In this document: piece by piece, positions 6,279 through 13,244 of the stretch | Position numbering within the stretch: position 1 is the stretch's first letter | How the letters are laid out: the number at the start of each line of letters is the position of its first letter | Assembly (NCBI RefSeq): GCF_000039765.1 | Contig: NC_004459.3 | Coordinates: 90,001-122,000, forward strand | DNA: 32,000 nucleotides | DNA from: Vibrio vulnificus CMCP6 | GTDB taxonomy: Bacteria; Pseudomonadota; Gammaproteobacteria; Enterobacterales; Vibrionaceae | Direction: 5' to 3' | Made by a program: the position numbers and the translations under genes | Notes under the pieces: model-generated | Databases searched by the model: none | What the model was told of the DNA's origin: nothing | Seen by the model: only the letters and a program-made list of their open reading frames with translations

Positions 6279-8855
6279 TTAGCGGCCTGACTGTGAATAG
6301 AAGAGTACGCTGGTAAAGCGGTTACGAATTGGCTTCGGACAGTGAATCGCGTTGTACTCTTCACCGTAAGCTTCTTTACCACCTTTGAGCTGACCATTAG
6401 CATCACGCGCTTCTTGCATTTCACTGAGCGTGAATGGCTTAACGACCGTGTAAGTGAGCGCACCTTTCTGACCCATGATGATCCGCTCATCCCCCAAGTG
6501 CGTGGCTGGCGCATTGGTTGAAAACGAAGGCAGTGCTTTCACCATCTCTAAGTCACCTTGTGCGGTGGTATCAGAGCCGTTGCGCTTCATCGAGGCGACA
6601 AACTGCTCCGCATTGGTACAGGTGTCATTGAGGGTGTTCGACATCAGCAAGAAATCTGGCGTAACAAAGCGATCATCTTTCATGATGGCTTTACGGCGAC
6701 CAATGGCTTGAAGCAGCTTGTTGTAGTGCTTCTCTGGCGCCATACCATCTGGAATATCGCTATCTACTTTGACGATGTTGGTTGCAAAACTGTAGCCAAC
6801 GCTCGCTGCATTCGCGGTGACTGGTTTCAGATCGCCCGATTCATCAACCAGGACAAACTTACCTAGGTTGTAAGAAGTCACGATGTAGTATGTGCCTGGG
6901 GCTTGAGTGCCTGAGCCGTCATAAGGCTGAATGGTCGTGCCATCAATTTGTAGTGTGATTGGGTTTTCAGCGTTACCCACAGTGTTTCCTTGCAGATCAT
7001 ACTGCTGATGCGGCGCCACAATCGGGAACTGAGCGGTTTTAAACTCCGCTTTGTCTTGCAGTTGGTTGGCAATGTCTTCACCTTGGATAGGCGCCGCAAG
7101 GTATGAGTCCGCTACGCGCTGCATGGTGTTCACAATGCGGCGAGCGACCAGTTCTTTGATGATGCGGCTCGCTGTCGCGACGTTGCGCCCCCAAGCATCC
7201 CAGTTAATGGCAGACGACTTGGAAAAATGCATTAACTCGTTCGAGACTTCAAACGCCACTTTCATTGGCAAGACATACGCCAAATCCATGCGCTGCGAGT
7301 TCTTCACTTTCGGAATGGTACCGTGCTCAAACACAATGCCATCGCCCATGATCGCCGACACATCGCGGTTTTCATAAGGGATATTGGTTGTCGCTGATGC
7401 GCTGAAGTCGGTCAGCGTTTGTACCAGTTGCAACACATTAAGGTCAGAAAGCGCTTCGCGAATCACTTCACGCTGCACAGAAACAGGCAGTTCGCTGTCT
7501 GACACGATGTTGGCGCTGCCTTGGCCTGTTAACGCCAAGCGTTCAGCATGAATCTTGTGATGATGTAAGCGGTCGAACTCGGCCAGCACTTGGCGAGCAA
7601 ACACGGGCAGTTCTTTCTCTTCCGTTAAACGCAACTGACCAAGTGCATAGGTATTGGTGTTGCGAAGCGCCGAGTGAATTTGCGCTTGCAGCTGCAAACT
7701 TTCACGCTGCTGGTCGGGTGTTTGAGTGAGAGAGCCAGTGACACTGCCAAAGCCTAAGCCATTCAACTGAATGGAGACCATTTTCTCGTTGCCATGCTTA
7801 ATTTGGTTTTCTGCCAGTTTGGTGATCTGCTCATCCGACATATCAACGCTAATAAGCGCAGACGCTTCTTTCAGCTCTTTCTTCACTTCATCACTGAGCC
7901 CTTCCGCTTTGTCGATCGCTTCCGTGAAGATTTTCACTTTCGCAGTGAGCTTTTGCTGTTTCTCCGCCTGTTCTTGCGCGGTTTTGCTGGCTTGCTCACC
8001 AAGAATACGCAGCACGTCCGCTTCACTGAGCGAACCGCCCGTTAAATTGATCACCGGCACCGCAGGGTTGCCGGATTCTGAAAGCTGCATGGCCACGCCT
8101 TCAAACTGTTCACTCAATTTGGTGGCTTGGGTCTCATCACTGATGCCGCTTAGTGAATCAGTCAGCAGTTTGACCATGGCTGTGTGTTGTTTGGCAGAGA
8201 GTTTCATGCCTTTCAGTTTGCTTTCAAACTGGGCGATCAGTTGTTTCCACATGGTTTGACGTTCCTCAGAGAATTTTTGAGCAAGAGACTCGGAAAGATA
8301 AGTGGGGCATTCATGAAGGCAGGCTTCACTGAGTTCGATCTGGTCTAGGTTTTTGATACATGGACGCGTGACCAAACCTGCACCTAGCAGGGTTGGGCCA
8401 AACTCAGAATATTGGCCATTGGTTCCGGCCTCGTTGCTGACATAGTTGAGATGTATTTCGGCGGATAAGTACTTAAAGCCTTCTTTGGTGACTTTATTAA
8501 TGCCGAGTTCGAACCACTCCACCTCTGCACGTAAACGTCCACGGTCGGTAAACAGGCGTTTCACCACCGCCCCTGCGCCATCTTCTGGCTTATGCGCGAT
8601 GTCGATAAAGATCTCCTGACCATAAACCCCATCGTTAAAGTTTTTGATCATGGAATCGAACATGCTCTGGGTCAGTTCAAATTCGCCGTAACGTGGATCA
8701 TTAAATCTGCCGGTTCGGGTAATCGTGACAACACTGCGTTTTGCGGCTCCGGTATCCACCTTGACCGCATCAGATAAGAGATGAATCACCCCTTGTGTTG
8801 TGGTTGCACCCAGTACCAAAACGCCAGAGGCTTTTAACAATTGTCTTTGATTCAT
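6279..8855 (-). CDS. Fused prohead protease (Mu gpI-like), coiled-coil scaffold and HK97-fold major capsid protein
   Basis: 858 aa. The N-terminal ~180 aa resemble the Mu-like prophage protein I / protease family (TRTGRFNDPRYGEFELT...FIDIAHKPEDGA...LSAEI). Residues ~200-400 are low-complexity and coiled-coil (Q/E/K/L-rich). The C-terminal ~450 aa look like an HK97-family capsid protein (NIPYENRDVSAIMGDGIVFEHGTIPK...MDLAYVLPMKVAFEVSNELMHFS). Confidence 0.75.
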   Translation of the reverse strand: MNQRQLLKASGVLVLGATTTQGVIHLLSDAVKVDTGAAKRSVVTITRTGRFNDPRYGEFELTQSMFDSMIKNFNDGVYGQEIFIDIAHKPEDGAGAVVKRLFTDRGRLRAEVEWFELGINKVTKEGFKYLSAEIHLNYVSNEAGTNGQYSEFGPTLLGAGLVTRPCIKNLDQIELSEACLHECPTYLSESLAQKFSEERQTMWKQLIAQFESKLKGMKLSAKQHTAMVKLLTDSLSGISDETQATKLSEQFEGVAMQLSESGNPAVPVINLTGGSLSEADVLRILGEQASKTAQEQAEKQQKLTAKVKIFTEAIDKAEGLSDEVKKELKEASALISVDMSDEQITKLAENQIKHGNEKMVSIQLNGLGFGSVTGSLTQTPDQQRESLQLQAQIHSALRNTNTYALGQLRLTEEKELPVFARQVLAEFDRLHHHKIHAERLALTGQGSANIVSDSELPVSVQREVIREALSDLNVLQLVQTLTDFSASATTNIPYENRDVSAIMGDGIVFEHGTIPKVKNSQRMDLAYVLPMKVAFEVSNELMHFSKSSAINWDAWGRNVATASRIIKELVARRIVNTMQRVADSYLAAPIQGEDIANQLQDKAEFKTAQFPIVAPHQQYDLQGNTVGNAENPITLQIDGTTIQPYDGSGTQAPGTYYIVTSYNLGKFVLVDESGDLKPVTANAASVGYSFATNIVKVDSDIPDGMAPEKHYNKLLQAIGRRKAIMKDDRFVTPDFLLMSNTLNDTCTNAEQFVASMKRNGSDTTAQGDLEMVKALPSFSTNAPATHLGDERIIMGQKGALTYTVVKPFTLSEMQEARDANGQLKGGKEAYGEEYNAIHCPKPIRNRFTSVLFYSQSGR

Positions 8856-8872
8856 TTCCTGTCCTTAAAACG

Positions 8873-8899
8873 AAAAAAGCCCCTGAAAATGTCAGGGGC
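8873..8899 (-). terminator. Intrinsic terminator closing the accessory island, ~20 nt upstream of the capsid RBS
   Basis: The stem is gcccctga (8879-8886) paired with tcaggggc (8892-8899), with a 5-nt loop. On the minus strand a run of six U follows (plus-strand A-run at 8873-8878). Confidence 0.75.
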
Positions 8900-8964
8900 T
8901 CGGTCGCCAATTAAGGGCAGTTTGAGTGATGAAAGTAACCGTTGGGAGGGTTAGATAATAGCTA

Positions 8965-9402
8965 TCATGACCTTACAGCTAAATCATCGGCTCGGAAAAA
9001 AGGATATTTGAATGGAGATGGATGTTTTAAGCAAACTTCTAGAATCACATGCTCGGTCACCGCTTTGGAAACATCAATCCTTGTATGTAAAATCCCCGCA
9101 GATTCATCTCCTGGGAACTCAGGGTCTTTGCCATCCGAGTACATTTTATAACCAAAATGGTAATGATACTGACGCTTATTCTCTGCATCTTCTAAAAATG
9201 TATTTTGAAAAGCAGTTCGTTTATGTTCAGGCGTTTTCATTTTCCAGCTTGGTTTGTATTTGCCTCTAAGTTCATCAGGGGGAGTCAGCCCATTGAAATT
9301 AATCGGTTGAACAAAATGTTTGTAAACACTGTCAATCACATCACGTTCCAGCTTTTTCATTTCATCAAGAACGGTTCTCGTAAAGTAAGCTTTATGTTCC
9401 AT
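8965..9402 (-). CDS. Unrecognised 145-aa protein downstream of the Panacea-domain gene; candidate toxin or effector
   Basis: The ORF begins 5 nt after the upstream gene's stop, which suggests an operon and possible translational coupling. The region is AT-rich. It contains RQYHYH (residues 77-82), which fits the generic Rx4H pattern. I see a weak, unverified resemblance to YafO-type toxins. Confidence 0.55.
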   Translation of the reverse strand: MEHKAYFTRTVLDEMKKLERDVIDSVYKHFVQPINFNGLTPPDELRGKYKPSWKMKTPEHKRTAFQNTFLEDAENKRQYHYHFGYKMYSDGKDPEFPGDESAGILHTRIDVSKAVTEHVILEVCLKHPSPFKYPFFRADDLAVRS

Positions 9403-9407
9403 TTTTA

Positions 9408-9983
9408 CTATACGCTTTGTATCCAGTTATAGAAATCATCAGCATTTTGAATGGTCTGCGGAACTTCAATGACTTCAGATTCCATAGCTGCTTCCATTCT
9501 GTCCATGTGAATTGAAAGCAATCTGTCATGCTGCTCATTCAGCTCTTGAGCAAAGAAATCAATAAGCTCTTGATGAGTTATCGTTTGATAATCAACTTTC
9601 TTACTTTCTTTACTAACATGAGCTAACCAAGGAGCCTCTCTATGGCTTTTCTCTCTAAGTTGCCAAGCTCCCATGTTACCTAATGTCATTAAAACAAAGT
9701 CTATGGTTTGAACAGCCCTGTCTGAAAGTTCACAAATAGCATTACCAACCGATGCTGTAATTGTTCCTTTTTTGTACGTTTGATATTCTTCGTACAATGA
9801 ACGAACTACTGGGCCATGATCCCACGCCTTTAGATCTTCATCAAAAAGTGGCTCTTCGTATTGAGCAAGATGATACCCCTGGCAATAGTAAGCGAGCTTT
9901 TGTAGCTTTAAATTGCTTACTTGTATGCCATTTTCGCTTGCTCTTTGTAGCAATGCTTTTGCGAAGATATCAGCAGAGACCAT
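9408..9983 (-). CDS. Panacea (DUF4065, SocA/GepA-like) domain protein; putative antitoxin
   Basis: 191 aa. The N-terminus, IFAKALLQRASENGIQVSNLKLQKLAYYCQGYHLAQYEEPLFDEDLKAWDHGPVVRSLY, matches the DUF4065 signature as I remember it (T..KLqKLlYy.qg..l....plf.e.feAW.hGPV....Y). GGGAG precedes the ATG with a 7-nt spacer. Confidence 0.75.
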   Translation of the reverse strand: MVSADIFAKALLQRASENGIQVSNLKLQKLAYYCQGYHLAQYEEPLFDEDLKAWDHGPVVRSLYEEYQTYKKGTITASVGNAICELSDRAVQTIDFVLMTLGNMGAWQLREKSHREAPWLAHVSKESKKVDYQTITHQELIDFFAQELNEQHDRLLSIHMDRMEAAMESEVIEVPQTIQNADDFYNWIQSV

Positions 9984-10022
9984 TGGAAACTCCCATAAAA
10001 TTTGAGGCGGGATAGTACAAAA

Positions 10023-10047
10023 GATAGCAAATGTTTACAATGCTATC
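10023..10047. promoter_or_regulatory. Inverted repeat (candidate operator) upstream of the Panacea operon
   Basis: gatagca (10023-10029) and tgctatc (10041-10047) are perfect 7-bp arms with an 11-bp spacer. They lie in a ~25% GC segment 40-65 nt upstream of the gene start. Confidence 0.3.
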
Positions 10048-10116
10048 CTTATATATATTCACTTATTGCCATATAGATTACACTTTTACTTAACTTTTAC
10101 GTCAGCACCATGCTGC

Positions 10117-10149
10117 AAAAAACAAAAGGCCCCCGGAAACTCAGGAGCC
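10117..10149 (-). terminator. Intrinsic terminator after the RelE-like toxin gene
   Basis: The minus-strand RNA GGCUCCUG-AGUUUC-CGGGGGCC forms an 8-bp stem that includes two G.U pairs. It is followed by UUUUGUUUUUU. Confidence 0.65.
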
Positions 10150-10190
10150 TATCTGTAAGTTAAAAATCTTGTTTTGGTTCTAAGAGTAAG

Positions 10191-10520
10191 CTATCCGATA
10201 AGCTTTAAATCAGCCTTCCTGCTCTTTTTCATAGACTCGTAGTAATTCTCATGAGGCCCAACGTTTAAAAGATAGAGCTCCAGCTTATCTTCGACCCAAG
10301 AGTATCCAAGTAGCACCTCTTGTTTATCCATTTTGAACTTGTGTACCCATAAATGGGATAGATCCCCCTTTTTACGTGTACCAAGCTCTGGATTCTCTAT
10401 GATCTTATCAATCTCATCTTCCACCACTACACATTGAGCTTCAGATAACTTGCTCATTTGTTTAGAAAAACGATTTGTTTCGTAAACATCAATCTGCTTT
10501 TCGTTTTGTTCGTCGCTCAT
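10191..10520 (-). CDS. RelE/ParE-family type II toxin
   Basis: 109 aa. The pattern ...IDKIIENPELGTRKKGDLSHLWVHKFKMDKQEVLLGYSWVEDKLELYLLNVGPHENYY is typical of RelE/ParE-superfamily toxins. It overlaps the upstream antitoxin gene by 32 nt. Confidence 0.75.
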   Translation of the reverse strand: MSDEQNEKQIDVYETNRFSKQMSKLSEAQCVVVEDEIDKIIENPELGTRKKGDLSHLWVHKFKMDKQEVLLGYSWVEDKLELYLLNVGPHENYYESMKKSRKADLKLIG

Positions 10521-10725
10521 AGCGTTTTACCTTACCGAGTTTTACTTCCTCGGAAGCCAAAAGCGATTCTTGTACAAAGCTATAAGGTAAGTCTGGGTTA
10601 TCTGTCATTATTTTTCCGATTTTAGCCCAATACTCAATCTGCTTAGGCACAGAACGCATTTCTGCTTCCGCATGAACCTTGACGTCAGACACAAAATCAT
10701 CGTCTAGGCGAATACTTGTTGCCAT
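10489..10725 (-). CDS. ParD-like type II antitoxin
   Basis: 78 aa. MATSIRLDDDFVSDVKVHAEAEMRSVPKQIEYWAKIGKIMTDNPDLPY matches the ParD_like pattern (RS...QIE.WA.lG). A strong GAGGAG precedes the ATG with a 7-nt spacer. Confidence 0.7.
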   Translation of the reverse strand: MATSIRLDDDFVSDVKVHAEAEMRSVPKQIEYWAKIGKIMTDNPDLPYSFVQESLLASEEVKLGKVKRYERRTKRKAD

Positions 10726-11093
10726 AGCAATTCTCCTCTAGCTTTATCATTGCACTTAACGGGAAGCTTATTTGCTAAAATTAAGCGCACATCTATGACG
10801 CAAATTTGCTGCATCGCTTTATACAACCTAAAAACTTCATCAAGCTTAAATAATCGATTCCTCTTCAAAAGCAAATTGCTTTTAACCATGATCCGAATAA
10901 GACAAAGTAAATGACTGTATTTATTTAAAAAGTTTCTCTGTTTCTTTGTATTCTGATTAGACTCAATTGGCGTATCAACAACACAAGATATGCCAAGTAT
11001 CCGCTCAATGTTTTCTAGCTGCTGCTCAAAATCAATCCTTCTTTTGGCAAGCTCTTCAAAACCAAAGTCAATAATTCTCATCCTCGCAAACAT
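10704..11093 (-). CDS. Hypothetical AT-rich ORF (129 aa from ATG 11093; the track extends it to 11216)
   Basis: ATG 11093 is preceded by GGGAG with a 7-nt spacer. ATG 11216 has no Shine-Dalgarno sequence. The predicted product is helical and basic. No family recognised. The 3' end overlaps the ParD-like RBS and start. Confidence 0.4.
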   Translation of the reverse strand: MFARMRIIDFGFEELAKRRIDFEQQLENIERILGISCVVDTPIESNQNTKKQRNFLNKYSHLLCLIRIMVKSNLLLKRNRLFKLDEVFRLYKAMQQICVIDVRLILANKLPVKCNDKARGELLWQQVFA

Positions 11094-11253
11094 TAGCAAC
11101 TCCCAAGCGAACTTCGATGTTTCCGCACACCAATAATGCAACAATTTGTCGCACAAAGCAACATATGAAGTAATGAATAGAAAGATAGGGCTAACTGCCC
11201 TGTCACCAGCAAACATTCGGTGTTAGGAAGAAGACGAACTGCACATTATCCAA

Positions 11254-11280
11254 CATCAAAGATGAAAATGCACTTTGATG
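11254..11280. promoter_or_regulatory. Inverted repeat between the divergent unknown ORFs (candidate operator)
   Basis: catcaaag (11254-11261) and ctttgatg (11273-11280) are perfect 8-bp arms with an 11-bp spacer. They lie about 40 nt upstream of the plus-strand ORF start. Confidence 0.35.
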
Positions 11281-11321
11281 CTTATAGCATTGAATAAACC
11301 GAAAAATCGAGATAATGATGC

Positions 11322-11861
11322 ATGGATAGGGTTGATTTCACACTAGAGCAAAAACAGCAAATGCTTGTTGGTATTGATAGGTTTTTCAAGCGATACGGTA
11401 GCTACCCAATTGATGACCAAACCTATTCACTTATCGCTATGTGTCTTTGGGATAGCAAGGGATTTCAAGTTCCACCGCTCTACGATGATGCAGACATAAC
11501 TCTAAATAACGACTTTGAAAGTAAATATCGCCTTATTAAAGCCGTAACTATATTGTGCTCGGGTGGGAAAAAACCTCTCGGATACGGGATTCTTTTAAAC
11601 TTTTACTTCAATCTATTTCAAACAGTCATTTCAAGACTACAGCTACTCCATGAAGAGTTACCTGTAGCTATCAAACACGTTATCTCACCACTTTTCGTCG
11701 AAGATAAAGTACTTCGAGATTACGTATATCAAGACTTCGATGGATTAGGAAATGGACTGACTAAAGTAGGAAAAATATACATTCATCCACTTTGGTCCAC
11801 TTATATGTTTCGTGAAGAAGTAGTTTTCGAAGATGAGTTGCTTCATTATCCCAAAGCCTGA
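11322..11861 (+). CDS. Hypothetical 179-aa protein, the only plus-strand gene inside the late-gene block
   Basis: Long ORF in AT-rich DNA whose stop lies inside an intrinsic terminator hairpin. The Shine-Dalgarno sequence is weak. No family recognised. Confidence 0.55.
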   Translation: MDRVDFTLEQKQQMLVGIDRFFKRYGSYPIDDQTYSLIAMCLWDSKGFQVPPLYDDADITLNNDFESKYRLIKAVTILCSGGKKPLGYGILLNFYFNLFQTVISRLQLLHEELPVAIKHVISPLFVEDKVLRDYVYQDFDGLGNGLTKVGKIYIHPLWSTYMFREEVVFEDELLHYPKA

Positions 11862-11877
11862 ATCATCAGGCTTTTTT
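11855..11877 (+). terminator. Intrinsic terminator for the plus-strand ORF, shared with the convergent 62-aa ORF
   Basis: The stem is agcctga (11855-11861) paired with tcaggct (11866-11872), with loop atca, followed by tttttt. The stop codons of both convergent ORFs (11859-11861 on plus, 11866-11868 on minus) lie inside the hairpin. On the minus strand only CUUUGGG follows, so it is a weak terminator in that direction. Confidence 0.7.
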
Positions 11878-12054
11878 AACCACTGGCACTTTTACCCAAC
11901 GCTTGCAACGGCATAGTGCTTCCCCTTCGAGCAGCTTAACGCATCGAGAACGAATGATGCCTTCACTATCGCAGATGCGATGACCACATAGGCACATCAC
12001 TTCACTGACGCGCTGACCGTTATCCTGAGGCTGATGTTTTTTTAACGTATTCAT
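11866..12054 (-). CDS. Small Cys-rich protein (putative zinc ribbon), 62 aa
   Basis: AGGAGC precedes the ATG with a 6-nt spacer. There are seven Cys residues (CLCGHRIC...RC...CRC). I noted a Com-like small zinc-finger regulator as a possibility, but the Cys spacing is not the classic CxxC...CxxC. Confidence 0.45.
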   Translation of the reverse strand: MNTLKKHQPQDNGQRVSEVMCLCGHRICDSEGIIRSRCVKLLEGEALCRCKRWVKVPVVKKA

Positions 12055-12150
12055 TATTAGCTCCTAGCGTTGGCTGGTTATTTCCAGTCCTACTTTTAAC
12101 TGACGTATGTATTATAAAGCTTGCTACGTGGAAAACAGGGGGCAAGTTAT

Positions 12151-13239
12151 TCACAGGTTTGTAGTATCAATGCCTTTTCGTTTCAGCACTGGCTCTAGGT
12201 GCTTCCAAGGGGTCGCAATCATCCCTTGGGTTAAGTGGCCTTGTTGTAAAGCGGATACTTTCTTGTTGTGCCCTAGCACCGCTTTCTGTGTCGCCTGGCT
12301 TTGGCTTTTCAGCCAATCAATTCGTGTTGTTGCATCTGCTTTGTCTTCTTCCGTCACTTCATCAACAAACACCACTTGCTCATAACTCAAGGTGTTAGGA
12401 TGCGCTGGCCACGGGCTTTTACCTCGTGGGTATACGCCACGGCCAAGGCCATAAAGATTTGCCATGGCGTGCATATCGCAGATATCCCTTTTGGGATGGT
12501 TCGGGCTTAGCTTGAACTTAGTCCCCACTACAAACTCATCTTCAAAAGCAGAGTTCTGAAACGCCATGCCGTAGGCTCGGTTAATCTCCGTTCTCATCAC
12601 TCGCTTGATTTGGTGATACGGTGCACCTTGATCTTCCATGAGCACATCACTGACCTTTTTATTGATTCCAGAGCTGCTGGCCATAGTCATTTGCTGAGCA
12701 ATATGGGACGGAACAGGCTGCATGCGGCGCTGATAATCCTGCGCGGCTTCGGATGCTGACTGGCCGAGGATAACGGCGCGTTCCACCGCGTTGGTTAGCT
12801 CTTGTTTTGCGTTGCGATGAACCCGCCAAAGGCGGTCACTCAGTTGTAACCCATCTTTCTGCTGCATGGTTCGGGTTGCCAGAACGGCAGCATCAATCGA
12901 CTCAGAAACTTTTGCGGCAGGAATACTGCTGCTGAACGTGTTCCCACCGTTTTTGGCCGCTTCGACAATATACCCTTCCACCATGCTCGATTGCTTTTGG
13001 TTTACTTGGTTGAGAATCTCCTCTATCTGCCTAGTGAGGGTATGTAACTGGGAAAGTCGAACTTGACCTAATTCATCGGCCGCGTGGCTAATCAGAAACT
13101 GGATTTCGACCAGTGCCGCCTGATAGAGATCGGTGAGATCCTGCATGGCTTGCGCATCCAGCTCATTGGTAGCACGCTGCGCTGCCTGCATCGCTCTGCG
13201 GATAGTCGCTTTAACTTGTGTGCGTTGATTGACTGCCAT
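12151..13239 (-). CDS. Head morphogenesis protein (Mu gpF / SPP1 gp7 family)
   Basis: 362 aa. Position is directly after the portal gene. The pattern ...IKRVMRTEINRAYGMAFQNS...KFKLSPNHPKRDICDMHA is typical of the Phage_Mu_F family. Confidence 0.75.
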   Translation of the reverse strand: MAVNQRTQVKATIRRAMQAAQRATNELDAQAMQDLTDLYQAALVEIQFLISHAADELGQVRLSQLHTLTRQIEEILNQVNQKQSSMVEGYIVEAAKNGGNTFSSSIPAAKVSESIDAAVLATRTMQQKDGLQLSDRLWRVHRNAKQELTNAVERAVILGQSASEAAQDYQRRMQPVPSHIAQQMTMASSSGINKKVSDVLMEDQGAPYHQIKRVMRTEINRAYGMAFQNSAFEDEFVVGTKFKLSPNHPKRDICDMHAMANLYGLGRGVYPRGKSPWPAHPNTLSYEQVVFVDEVTEEDKADATTRIDWLKSQSQATQKAVLGHNKKVSALQQGHLTQGMIATPWKHLEPVLKRKGIDTTNL

Positions 13240-13244
13240 GAGTA

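Noticed and set aside
6215-6514. 99-aa minus-strand ORF overlapping the 3' end of the capsid gene
   Set aside because: It is an alternative frame of the capsid gene and spans its terminator. It is Ser/Arg/Lys-rich with no independent signals.
7771-8259. 162-aa plus-strand Ser/Cys/Leu-rich ORF, together with 7794-8045 (+)
   Set aside because: It is antisense to the low-complexity coiled-coil (scaffold) segment of the capsid fusion. Such regions often leave the antisense frames open.
8757-8855. The capsid-fusion N-terminus (MNQRQLLKASGVLVLGATTTQG) looked like a signal peptide
   Set aside because: A secreted capsid or protease precursor makes no biological sense. The segment is only weakly hydrophobic and has no clear cleavage site.
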